A stretch of DNA of 59,775 bases, counting the filler, from Catajapyx aquilonaris (taxonomy: Eukaryota), in the NCBI GenBank assembly GCA_000934665.2. It is 2 parts of 2 records of this genome, joined end to end, with 100 filler letters (N's around TTAATTAATTAA, not from the genome) between each part and the next. Parts side by side here need not be neighbours in the genome. Positions count along the whole stretch, not along the records: positions 29,945 to 59,775 come from JYFJ02004733.1; 1 more part is not named here. One strand, 5' to 3'. The notes under the pieces are model-generated. The model saw nothing but the letters and a program-made list of their open reading frames with translations. It did no database searches and was not told where the DNA came from. Numbering within the stretch: the stretch's first letter is position 1; each line of letters starts with the position of its first letter. Shown piece by piece: positions 35,901-48,801 of this stretch. Position numbers and translations under genes: made by a program.

Positions 35901-36367
35901 AAATATTTCTCTTCCCCCATCACTCACCGCTCCTTTTCCACCTCCATCAACCAGACACGATTATTAATTTTACAAGCCCCGTGAAGTGAAATTCCGTGTT
36001 CCTTCTCCTGCAATAATGGCTTCACAGCAAACACGTAATTATTATCCGGGCTTATCCAAGGGTGTATGAAACATTCCAAAAGAAATTAAGCACGGTTTTG
36101 CCTCGGTTCTGCATTATCTGCTGTTTGGTCCGACTGTAGTAGTAATTTAGTACAAGACCTTTTGCCCCTGGAGAACCATTAGGACCTCCTAATAGAGAGG
36201 CCCTGCCTGGATACAGTTCCGGAGTTCCCGGTGTAGTAGTAGAGTGCCTGGGGAGCGACCCGGAGTGGCTAAGTCCATTCCGAACCAGTTTCTGTATTGT
36301 CTTTTCCCTAACCCGGCCTCTCTTCTCTCTTTTTTTTCTGCCGATGCTGCCGACGCCGACTCTTCAG

Positions 36368-36545
36368 TTCCCAAGGTAGTGGTCGTGGATGACCATGGTC
36401 GATCTCTCACAGACAAGTTCTACAAGGCCGGCAGCACCATTGAGCTCAAGTGCGTCATCAGCCAAGTTCCTCACCCTTCCAGTTACGTCACCTGGAGGCA
36501 CGGCGAACGTATGCTCAACTACGACACTTCTCGAGGAGGAATTAG
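36368..36545 (+). CDS. dpr13: Dpr-family (dpr13-like / zig-8-like) Ig protein, internal exon encoding the first half of Ig2
   Basis: TTCAG acceptor and AG|GTGAGT donor; VPKVVVVDDHG..KFYKAGSTIELKCVISQVPHPSSYVTWRHGERMLNYDTSRGGI. Paralog assignment is from recall of the Drosophila dpr13 sequence. Confidence 0.9.
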
Positions 36546-38380
36546 GTGAGTACTCTCTTTGACTTGTCTTGATTTTGTTGGAGACACAATGCCATATGTC
36601 GGTAACACCAACTGCGATTGAAAACTTGAAGCGAATCAGTTAGTCTGAAACCGTTCTCAATAGCTGCTCTTGCTAATTGCTACTGTCTGGTAACTGCTAT
36701 GGAGACCTGCTATAAATGACCCTACTATAAAGAGTTTCATATGCCATGTAATGTAAGGGTTTTAAATTGATCATGTTGACGTAAATTACTGTTCCAAGTG
36801 AACTGTAGTTTGGCTATAAAGTTGGGAAGAATTTTTAAATATTTGCATTCGTTAAATTATTATGCATTGATTATGTGAGACGTGCAATCCGATATGATTT
36901 ACAAACAGGCTAGTACATAATAGCACTGCGTGTACTGTACCAAGATGAGGAAGAAAAAAACAGGGGAAGGGTGTGATGTGCCTCCGAAAATGTGGTGGTT
37001 GGGCTTAATTGGCGATGAAAAATTACTGTATCACAGGGATTCCAGTGTACAGAGCTTTTGAAACGAGATTCCTGGCTAGGTCACGCCTGAAAGTTTCATG
37101 CGGCGTATGTATTTTTATAACCGTGTGAACATGCAGGCTCATGCCCTTGTCACGGTTGCGGTTAGAATATTTCAACGCTCGAGAGCAGACTACATGCTCA
37201 AAAGTTTGCATCGGCAGAAATATTTATGTGCGTAATAAATATGTAACGGCTGTTGTCACAGCTTCGCACTTTCCCTATGGCCATAAGCTGGTACATTATA
37301 ACGTGTAGAGTAAAACATTCATCCTCTGGAAACAGGTCACATTGTGTTATTATGTCATTTTGGTAAACAAAATCAGTGAGGAATTTTGAAAATTAATGTT
37401 AACTCTTTAAAATGCATTTTGGTTGAAAATAATTTGCGAACAACATTTGCGGTCAGACTTGCACAAGCTACATCTGGTTAACATTTGATGTCAGGGCTAA
37501 AGAGCATGCTATTTTGATGCTGTCCACTCAGCCTGGGCGTAATGGAGGCGCACAACACACGTCTAGCCAAAGAGCTTGTTTACTTCATGTTAATGGATAA
37601 TAATTATAGGTCTCAAATAATTAAAATCTGCAAAATAATCTGGTATATCGCAATAATAACATATAGCTCCATTTACTCCCATTAGTGCATTAATAAACAC
37701 CCCGGTTTTTCGGTGAAAATGTCCACCATTCGACTGTATAGTGACGAATTAGTCTTCCCCAGTTAAGTATGTAATAACCATGTATTAATCGGATTGGTCA
37801 TACTAATTGCTTGCCCAGCATTACTTTTTCGTGTTACCGTTGTACAGTGCTCTCCAGCCGCGATGTACAGTACGACATAAGCATCATGAGAATCAGCCGG
37901 ATTTATCTGAATCATCTTGCAGACATGATTAATCTCGTCTGCTAATGACTGGAATAATCACCCGAGTAACAATCCTCACCAGCAACCGATTACCCAGAGC
38001 CTGCACCCAACAAAGGGCTTTTCACCTGTGCATCGTCCGGATAGTGTGTTATCCCTCCCCCAAGTCTATATCTCTGTACCATCCCCTAGTTTCCCCTGCT
38101 GGCTGTGCTGGGCTGGCTTGGATGTTCAGAGCAGCGGCATGAATCGTAGGTGTGTTGAGGTGGAAATGGAAGGCGAAACAAAGCAGAGGAGGCTGAGTTT
38201 CCTGCCGGCAGGCACGTGAATAATACAGTAATGAGTCCCTCCGGATGCTGAGAAAAGCCTCGTCGCCGCTTGACTTGACTCAGACTGGATGTGGCTCTCT
38301 CTGGGTGCGACGTGCCATCTGCCGCATTCACCCAACCAGAGTGCTGCTACTGCTAGGCTAAAATAAAAGGGGGGCGAGGT

Positions 38381-38416
38381 AAAAAAAGAAAAGAAAAGAA
38401 AAGAAAAGAAAAGAAA
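38381..38416. repeat. (AAAAG)n microsatellite
   Basis: About 6-7 consecutive AAAAG units. Confidence 0.95.
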
Positions 38417-41400
38417 GATGCTCCAGGATTTTCGAGATGGAGCAGTCCGTTGGGACTATCCAACCTCGTCTCCTTTTTTTCTTCTCTTTTGGAAGCCGGT
38501 AGCAGCACTTGGGGATATTCTGCACGTGCGAATACGCTAGAGAGAAGCGTCTTTGGGTATCTTACGGATGGAATAACTGCGGTTGCCTTAATCCGATTTG
38601 CAACTGGAAAGCGGCGTGGTTGCAGGGGATTGGGTGTGATATAAATCGGACTGTTATTGACGGAATTGTGACACGTGCAATGTACAGGGTGCCATCTATC
38701 TGGATTATGAACAGTACAAGAGATCAGGACATACTACGTAAGTTACCTAAAAAATCTAACATTTGCATAAAAAATACGGCTGAAATTACGTAACAACCTG
38801 GGAAAAACTGTTGTCGTTTTGGAATAAGGTACATGGCTCCACGTTACGTAAAATTCGTCTTACGCGTTATTACGTGAGTCGGAAGCAGTCTTCGTATTAT
38901 TACCCAAGATACGTATGTTATAGCACTTGGTTGAACACGGTTTCAGCACTTTTTCTCTATCGGTCTATATCCGAACAGAGCAAAAGGGTATTGAAGCACT
39001 CACCTCGCACATACGCAGACACACAGACTTTGGAAAGTGGAAAATTGTGAATTGCAGAGTGCAAAAAGGGCCTGGAGGCAGACTTTAATCCCAAGTGTAG
39101 TGACATCGGAGTATGTGGAGCTGGGCACGTGCATAATGAAGCCTTGCGGCCCTTTCTGCGCATGGTCGTATCGTTTACATCGGGGGATGTCATTTAACTA
39201 GGGAAAACAAACAATGTGGTTCGAAGGACTAGTGGCCTCATCCCCCCGGTTGACGATGTGGTGTTTAAGTCAACACATATAAGGTTAATTAATTGATTCT
39301 GCGCTGCATTCTGCTACTGCAGGTGGTATACCCTTTTCAGTAGGCTTTTTTTTCCCTCGGGGTGATGCAATGTGTGTGGACAAAGGTCCCGTTGCATTTC
39401 CATTCTCAAAATTGCGTTCCATTATTCATTCGGCGGGCTGTCCTGCCTCAAAGTACACAAGTACTTGGTGCTAAAAGGCAAATTTCGGACCAGAATTAAC
39501 CTCGTTATGTAATTAATGTTGACTGGACCGTGTCCTCCTGGCCGCTTTGCATTTAAATGCTTCGAGGCAAATGGTTTCGGCGTCAAGGGACGGGTCCATT
39601 TTGGCCGTTCTTCGGGTGGCAACTGCTGCTCCTGACAGGTTTTTTTTTTTGAAAGAAGGGGGGAAACGGCCATTGATTTGCACTCTAATGTTCCAGATCT
39701 GAAGAATGAAAGCAGTGGAGCCTGCGGAAAACGCTCATTTAAAAAAATGCTCAACAAACCTGGCTTGCGATCGGTCATTTTCTATTTCAGTAGCTTATGC
39801 GACATTACATGAAAATATTACGAACTGTAGCACATAGGCGCAAACTTTTTGACCGTGTCGACTCTGTATCCGCGCCAAAGTTTACAGTCTTCCGCAGCAC
39901 ATAATGAGCAAACCAAAGTATGTTGATGAGCAATCTCGTTTCGCCCGGCTAATATCTGCATATTATCACGGGGTCGTTATCGCCAGATTGCAGGCGGCAA
40001 AGTTGTGACAAGTGCGGCTTCCACAGGAAAAGACAAGGCCAGTAATGATGACAAAGGACGTGCGCGACGAATGTGGCAAAGTAGATGCAACCCACTTCTT
40101 TGAAGATTGAAGCATTCCCCCTTTCCCCCATATCATCCTTCAGGACTAGCAGCCCCGGAGGAGGAATGTCTCTCGTCTCATATCGTTATCAAAAGAGCGC
40201 CAATGGAGGTGAGAGGCTTTTCCTTCTACCCCTCTTTGCCTGATTGCGTCTCGGTTTTATCTACACTCAGACCTACCCCGCACCAGAAATGATTGAGTAA
40301 GGCAAGAAAATTCGCGCGCCGAAAACTTTCCAGGTTGACCTGAAGCAAAAATTTCAGACTTCAAAAGCTGGCCCCCACCAAAATGTCTCCCAAGCATCGC
40401 GAACTCGCCGCACGAATCAAATAACGTTTGGGCCATTCTTTTCATCCATTTGATTGGCATTCCCGCTGCGACAAATCGCATGACCTTCGACCCTTCCAAC
40501 CCCGCTTTCTTTCCCTTTCACACAATCTCCTTTTTTCCCTTTGTGTCCCGCCTAAGAACGCTCGCAAAAGTCAATCGGCGAACACAACTGGTTGAGTGAT
40601 GAAGGACGGAGGGTTTGGAGGTTTCTGATATTGGCACCAATGTTGCACTGTTGCTAGGAATTCGTGTCACTTTCTCCTATTTTCCCTCTCTCGCCAAAGT
40701 CTCTCTCTCTCTCACTCATCGCCAGGCTAGAAAACCACACTTTTTTGGTGGCCAATAAATTCCGCCAAGAGATTGGCGGTTTTGAAGCGAAAGGGAAGGA
40801 GCTGCTGGCCCAACGGTTTCGGGATACGGGTTTCGGCTTTCTGACGGAAAAATGCGGTTAGAGTCTCCGGGAAACCGATCCTTTATTTAATAAACGCCAG
40901 TCCGTGACACACCCTCGGTTGGATATCCCCGGGATATACGTACTGTCGTGGAGGGGGGAAAAAAACGAAGGTATATGTCTCTCAAATCGTCCTTTTCCGT
41001 CTACAGAACAAGTTTAGGAAGAGGCAAATATTGCTTACACTCACTATTTGTCTCATTTTTTGTGATTTCTTGCCAATTCGTCACGTATACGTCAAAAAAA
41101 TGCACTGTATGAGCGTGTAATTTCAATCGCGAGCGACTTACAAAGGCGTGAAATGATGCCCGTTATCTAGTAAAGCAAACTCGTTCCACTCATTTATTAG
41201 GGCCGAATAAGTAGAGAATCAGACAAGGATAGCAGAGTCAGGAGGTGCATTAATAATGTACAAATTCATTGTGTTAATGAGTTCTGGGCTGGCGCCACCC
41301 TCTGTTGTGCACGCGTAATGAATCCTATTAACTCTAATCCAGGCCATCTTCCAGGCTCCCATTAAAAACTCGTTTGTTCCCCAGATTTTTTTTTGTGCTG

Positions 41401-44034
41401 TTGTTGTTTTTGTAAACCCCTAGCTACCCACTGTTTCCATACAGACACAAAATGTTATCTTCGCTCATTTACAAGGGCGGCATATTAAAAAATTTTCGCC
41501 GCGCACAATGTGCCAAGGAATAAATAATTTGGAACAAAGTATGCGCTCCCGGAAGCCTGCCCCACTATATATAAAAAAAAGTTCGCACATGTTGAAGACT
41601 CATTCACGGTCAGCGGAATGGCAACCCTGATGCATTACTATTTAACTACATTATTCCGTTGTATAATTTATCGTTGGAAGCCCCGGCGCGCGGCACTATT
41701 TGCAATCTCTCCCCACCCTCACTCACATGCAAAAAAAAAAGAGTCCGGCTATTAAACCTGGCCATTGCTGTGTGCTTACATTTCAGCGAGTAATGCACCA
41801 TGAAAGCAGATAAAAGTTGTAATGAATAGTCCCTTCAAGATTGCACGTAATCCAATTCGGTCATAAAACGCTCCATGAAATTTACGCCGGATAGTCTGAA
41901 GCTACCTTAACGGGATTAGGCCCAGTTCTAACCCTTGGCCCACCACCCACCTTTCCTTCCAATTCAAGCGCCTCTCCCCCAAAAAAAGGTCTATTCAGAA
42001 AGTTTGGGTGACACCGGGATGAGGAGTAGCTTTTCTTGGATCGGGAAGTGGGATTGCAAGCGGTTAATTGCAGCGATCGGGAGTCATCAAAGGATAAGAC
42101 CTGAGGTGAATGATTCTTCAAGCCTAAGCCAACCCTTAATCAAGCAAGAACAATATTCATTTCGAATTGTCTAGTCATACTGGAGCATGTGCCAACTTCA
42201 TTACGTGGGCGATTCTGGACACTGGCGTCATGTACGTACAAAGAAAAATTTAATTCACTCCAATTTTGTCACACGTCAAATTGGCTATGGTTGTGTCGGT
42301 TAGTGTCATCTGCATGGCTTTTATGTGAACTCATTCTCGTGGCCCTGCCAGGCACGGTCCGTCGTAGCGTCCAATAATAGAATGTACCTATAACATTTAG
42401 AGAGCCCCTAACTGCAATGCCAGCTCAAGTAAAGCACACACAAAAAAAATCTGCAAATCTGTTCCGCACACCGACAACGACAGCTATTAAAACAACGTGG
42501 AACCAGACCAGATTAGCACGCAATCGCGGTCCAATTGCTCGTCGGATATTAATTCCAAAATTAGGGGAAACACTCCCACAGTCATCAACATCAGCTGGCA
42601 GAAGTGGGACACGGAAACAACATTTTCGTATCTCTCGCGGGAGAGACACAGAAAATTGTTGGGTCGAACAACAACACGAAGTGGAAAATTAAATTTTGCT
42701 TATAATCTCAGGACCAAAACTCGATTTTTAGTGTTGTCTTTTCCGATTGAGTTGTTCGGAGGTAATATTAATAACAATGTTCGTGGGCAGATTTTTTTTT
42801 TGTCCTGATTCGGATATGGTGGTTTTTGCAGCTCCGGGGCCAGCTTGAGCGTGTGTTTCGCGCTTGAGAGGACTTACGGACGAAGGAACACACATAATTA
42901 ACGGCATAATTGTGTCACTGGCCCGGCTTATAATCCTCCCGGTTCCATGATTGGCGTTTCCGATCGTTGTGCTCAACGGAAGCAAATCCGGAGGGTTTCG
43001 AATTTGTCCCGACGAGCACAGGAATGGCTCACATTTTACGCCACTCGATCATCTTCAAACCCCCCATACTATTTCCTTGCTATTCATTGCCTCACAACAG
43101 CCCCGGAGTGACATAGATGTCACGGCCAGAACAAACACCGGGGGATTACACCGCGCTTTGTTGCTCCCACACATGCGTTTAACCATCTGCATTTCAAATC
43201 ATTTTCCTAATTTATTTGCCCAAAGACTAATAGCATAAGTTGGTTGCATTATTCCGCAAGCTGGAGCTGAGGGGGAGATTTTCTACACTGACGAGAGAAT
43301 TGATTTTCTCTTCATGCATTGTGACACATGCGTTTTTTTAAAATAGAAAAAGTAGCATGCACGCACGGAAGCATACCTCCATGTGATTCTAGGAATCCGG
43401 GCCGGTATGGACTTACGCAGCTTTTGTAATTGGATGCGGGTCGAATTTGGAGCATCGGTTGAGCTGGGTGCTTGAGAAATAAGCTAGCCTAATGGCCATA
43501 TGGCTTCCAACTTCGTGGAAGACTAATTACACATACCTGCAATAAAAAGAAAAACTGATTTAATACCAACAGCCGATTCTGATAAGATGTGTGGGTGCTG
43601 ATTTCAGGAAGAAGTACACTTAGAAAGTTCCATCGCCCACCAATTTTCCAAAACTAACAAATTTTTTTCCATAGCCACATATACACAGTGTTAAGTTTCT
43701 AATGGAGGGGGTATTCAGGAACAAAAATAATGGTTCTAGTACCATCAGGAAGATACAAAGCAGCATCTGTTAACTGGTAGGTCAGAAAATGAGGTCTGGT
43801 GATGACTTCGTTTGTGGGGTTGAGTTCGTAACATACGGGGTACTGCTGGGGTACTGTGACAAATCTTTGTCTTAAAATAAAGAGATTGTTGGGTTACTTT
43901 GTTACATTTTCTGTTTCCCATGTTTAATATTAAGGCAAGCCTGAAGGAAATGAACTGTCACAAAGTCACCTCCACTTACGGTAATTTCTAAGTACGACGT
44001 ATTACAGTACAATGTATGAAGACTTCTATCCTAC

Positions 44035-44193
44035 ATCCTGACTGTTTAGGGCTACCCTCAAGCCTCCCCTGCACAGCGGGTCACCGACAAATCAGGATAA
44101 AAATAATTGAAGTCGTCTGTCCCTCACCCTGACTGTTCAGAGCTACCCTCAAGCCACACCTGTGCTACGGGTCACGAACAATTCAGGATAAAA
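44035..44193. repeat. Two ~90-bp tandem copies, probably subterminal repeats of the adjacent Chapaev remnant
   Basis: CCTGACTGTT.AG.GCTACCCTCAAGCC...CGGGTCAC..ACAA.TCAGGATAAAA occurs twice. Confidence 0.8.
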
Positions 44194-44289
44194 TCAACAG
44201 ACCTTCTCGCCGTTTTGTTTTACAAGAGTAACATTACGAAATCACGTTAATTAGTGACTAAAATACTGGAATACTAGAAAGGGAAGGCT

Positions 44290-44580
44290 GCAAGAGGTTG
44301 TCTTTAATCAGCTGATTCCATTTGTTACATTTGTGGGGAATTAGGAGTAAATAAATACCAAAGGAACATTACAGACTTCGCGAAGAAAGTGCACTATGCA
44401 CATCTTGGAGTACAGTATACAACTACAGTATACCAGGCGAAGGCATGGGTTTATCATACAGTGTGTCACACTTGTGTACTCAAGAAGACCTCCATAAGTA
44501 GTCAAAACGTGAGAAGAAGGCTTTCCGTTTTGCAGTCCCTATGATCTGGAGGGAACCCCGAAATCACAGTGATGATGCTT
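44290..44580 (+). pseudogene. Chapaev (Chapaev3-like) transposase N-terminal zinc-finger fragment
   Basis: RGCL*SADSICYICGE..QRNITDFAKKVHYA ... FRFAVPMIWREPRNHSDD. Confidence 0.75.
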
Positions 44581-45501
44581 AACAGTATTTGTATTACTTT
44601 TGATTTTGATTTTGGTAAACGTTAGCTTGGAGGCTACTCTATGATACACAACTTTAAACTAAATCATATTATACCATTTGAGACTCGTTGCATTTGGATG
44701 ACAACTAACCCAACAATTTTTCATCCCCACAAATTAATTCCGTACATTTTTTTTGTGCCTGCTAAGCCCATATCCCAGCATGCTAACCGCACATATTAAT
44801 ACTGCACCAGAAAATTGATTTTTTTTTTTTTTGTAAATATCGAATTCGGATAACACCTCAATCAGAAGGACCGGAAAAAAGAGTACGAAATAAAGCGCAT
44901 CGTACAAGCTGCAACGATAACTCGTCAATTGGGCTAATGGTCCTAAACAAGGTCGTAAAGTGCAGTTACTATCTCTAGGCCAGGCACTGTCAAAGACAAT
45001 AACTTGCTAAGGGCCAGTTGATTGCAGGGATAGCAAAGCTGTTCGTGCGATTAATGCTCTATATGATTACATTTTTTTCTGGTAACGTATTTGCTTATTG
45101 TCCTGCAAGTACAGGGGGAGTCAGAAAGTTTTTATCCATGCGAATGTGAATTTTTTCCACCACCTTGTGGTCTATAGGCTACATCCAGTGAGTGTGGGTG
45201 CGGTTGCAAGTATAAAGGTAAAAATAGTATCCGGATCGCGTGCGAAACAGAAGGCGGTCTCCTCCGGATAAACCTCCTGCGGGAGCCGTACATTACGATC
45301 GAGCTGCTTACGGGGATTTGACGCTCGTCCCCGAAGAATTGCCCCAGGCAAGGACACCCGGATTCGCCTCCGACAGCCTCTCCCCATAAATTATTTATCG
45401 ACAGGGAGAGAGACGAGAATTTCACCCAACCAAACTCTCTCCTATAGTGTGAGGGGGCAAAGAATAATATTAAAAGTATGGCATTCATCCATAAAACGGC
45501 C

Positions 45502-45563
<62 letters not shown>
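45502..45563. repeat. (AAT)n microsatellite
   Basis: About 20 perfect AAT units. Confidence 0.98.
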
Positions 45564-45570
<7 letters not shown>

Positions 45571-48545
45571 TGTCAAGACCTGGGGCTCATTTGAGAAAAC
45601 CAAATTGAACCTGGGTAATCAGCAATTATATTTGCTGTTATTGAGGCTCGACCAGTAAAGTGATCTTTTAGTACCTCATTTCGTATGCTGGTGGTACTTT
45701 CCAACTTTTGATGCCAAGAGTATCCCCCCCAACATTTCATAAATTGGATGCCACGTCCATTAACGGCAATTTCGTGCCTAAAGCGACTCTTCATTAAATT
45801 TCAATATTGAAGAAAATAACTCGGTCAATGCGATCATAGCAGGGGCCTTTAAGGGTTTTTGCCTCCTATCCCACGTTGCATTATGCATCATATAAAGCTG
45901 CCTTTTAGTACAGAGAGAAAGTGAAACCCTCCATGAAAAAATGGGGCAAGCATAGAGCTGGGCATTATTATCGTGCGTCCAACAGCGATGCAGCTAAGCT
46001 TCCATTCAAAAACATGAATTGCAAATGGGCTCCCTTATTAGCTTTGTAAAAGGGAGAGTCAACTTCGATGACAAGTTGATTTTGTTGAAGATATTTTTTG
46101 TGTGTCTCGTACTCTCTTCCAGACTTTGCCCAAACAAGCAGGTCATTACCAATACGGTCTTTTGAGACCTCTGGAGCTTGAAAAAAAAGAGCAGCAGTTT
46201 TCGTCGTCGCCCAGGCTTGTCTTCTGTTCTGAACATAATTGGAACAGGTCCGGATCTGATATTCAAGTCAGCACGTACAGTAGCTGGGGCGACATCACTC
46301 CTCTCTAGCCTGTACAGCACAATACAATATACGGAGGAGACTCCGGTTGTAGACAGGCAGTCGTCGGTGAAAAGCTGTTGGAGATAAAAGCCCGCCTCGT
46401 TCTGATCTGGGCTGGAAGGAACGTCCTCAGCATCACAAAAGGAAGCGTAAAATCCACATCGGAAGCCAGGGGTGTTCCCATGGCGAGCCTCGAAACTTGT
46501 TTGGAAGAAACTAATCCAAAAAGGGGTTTGCTGCCTTGGTGGTTGGGAGAGGAGGAGGCAAGAAGAAGAAGACAAGGGATTGCAAAAGGCATCAGGAGTG
46601 TAGAGTGCGTGTGACAATATCGAGCGCGTTGGGGCGTGCCCGCATCCCTGGAACACTGGGCACGGGTAGGGTGCAGCCAAGGGTGAAAGCAGATTCAGCT
46701 CTTGACAGCTTCCCCAGGCAGACAAGGAAGCAGCAAGGAGCAGCCAGGCTAAGGGATGAGCAGCACTTTACATAAGCTTACGAGCAAGGCTTGCAGGGGA
46801 GGCCAAAACCTATCCATTTTCTTGTTACCATTGCTTTCCTGGGATCAAAATATGTTGAAAATGGAGGGGTGAGATATGTGGAGGAACCAATCAGTAACGA
46901 GAAAGACTATTTTGATGACGTCAGCACCTGCAAGGTACCAGATATATCAATTTCGTTTGGTACCATGTCAGGTAGTTATAAACGTCCTGTCCATGCCATC
47001 ACATGTGGTGTATGTTGGTGTCAGTATCAGTCGCATGCAGGTCAAAAAATCTGCGTAACATGCAGTGCGGTGCGCCGTTTCCGGACAGGCATGTCGAGTC
47101 TCGGTGTTGACGTTGTCGCCGTTTGGTCACAGGTACGTTCCGTACACAAAATGACCCATCTTTTTTTTTAAACCGCAAAAAGTCGGGCTGTCACAAAAGT
47201 CAGACAGTTACTGATGCGCGGGAAGGGCTCCGGGATCGATTCGGAAACATGCGCAATAATGACTCATTGTTCGCCATTAATTAGCGATAAAAATGATCGA
47301 GGTCGCGACACCTCGTCGGCCATTATAAACTTTGGACAGTTTATTATATCCGATAGGAAGGTGATTACTTCCCCCTCGCAAAAATTTAGCAAAATCATCC
47401 CGCAAGTTTTCGCATTATCCGGTCCATCTAAAGCTATAAATTTTATAAAAAGTGTCCAAAACATTTTGAAAAGTGATTTAGGGAAAAATTGTGTTTTTCA
47501 TCACAGCAGCTAAAGAGGAGGTGGACAATGTAATCGTATTTGCCTGAAAGTAGTGTGCGGCTGGCAAATTTTATGGTCCAGAGTCTAGCAATGAGATCCC
47601 TGCTCTTAATTCCTGCGAGGAGAAAATTCATCCTGTTATCATATGTAATGAGATTGCGCAATCGCTCCTAATTAACAATTTTAGGCTTCCCTCTTAAATT
47701 GCCTTGTAATGTACCGAGTAGGGTTCTTGCGGACTTGAAAAAAATATTTTAATCCGGAGCCCTGTTAGGGTTGATTAAAGAAGTTGAATTTAATCGGCGG
47801 AGAGATCTTGAGACACAGCAAAAAGGTGTGTGTCCTGAAGCTGAAAGCGGAACAAGTCGAATTATCCTTGCTTAAGGTGGCCGGAACTAAATTCCATGAA
47901 ATTAATCCCCCCCTGTTCCGGAATTACCCCCTACAATTATACCATTTGGCTCTGAATCGAGCGGAAGGCAAAAAGAGCCAACATTCCGGACGCTACAAGC
48001 ATCGTTTTCCGGGCAACTTGGCAAGAAAAGAAGTGCAGGTCATGTCGCACTCTGAACCGCACCAATTGCTAGGAAGAAGTTGTAACATGGGATGGTGGTT
48101 AAAATGTGTTAAAAATTTTCCTGAGTTGTATACAGCAGCTTGAAGAAAATAGGACTTTACAACCTTTGGTTTTTGATCCGGAAAATCGGGAAGGGTTTGG
48201 TGTGGGGTAATGAGAGTGCCATTGTTTTTACCCGTAGCACTTGCCCCCGCTCCTTGTTCCCATGTTCCTGCTTAACGCGCTAAAAGCCCCGCCAGGGATT
48301 TATGCTAATGCCCCGGTTGGAGAACATGGCGCCCGACAGGCCTTCCCGGAATGCCTCCTCTGTCCGGTGACAGAAATTGAATCAGGGGGCAGCTAAAGGG
48401 GGTTTGGCTGGAAGGGGATGGGAGGCAGAGAGAGAGGGGGGGACACACGCAGCCCAAATACCAATCCGGCGGATGGCCCAGTCCCAAAATTCCGGGGGAA
48501 CTTTAGACTCCGACTGCCATTGTTAGAGAAGGCGTCACAGGACTA

Positions 48546-48801
48546 CAGGGTGGTGCATTGCAAAGGTATCCGGATCACTAAAATGGGGGGAAAATAATTA
48601 ACAAGCAAACTAAGTGAGCACATTGAAATTGCTAATCAGCTGCATGTATGAGCTATTAAAATATTTGCTACCACTATTACGGTTTTGTTTTATTTCCTAT
48701 ACTGTACCCAGTTATTATGCTCGGGCCTATTATCAATAAATAAATAAAAAAAAAGTTCGGTGGATTAATCAATGTTGCGACTTGGACAGTGTCGCACCCT
48801 G
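48546..48801. mobile_element. Tc1/mariner-type MITE with TA TSD
   Basis: TA|CAGGGTG...CACCCTG|TA with imperfect ~20-bp TIRs. Confidence 0.7.

Noticed and set aside
45449..45658. Poly-Ile ORF
   Set aside because: It is a translation of the (AAT)n microsatellite.
46006..47171. 239-aa minus ORF and Cys-rich plus ORFs as a nested gene or TE
   Set aside because: No recognisable motif, and the low-complexity composition makes chance ORFs likely; a degraded TE cannot be excluded.
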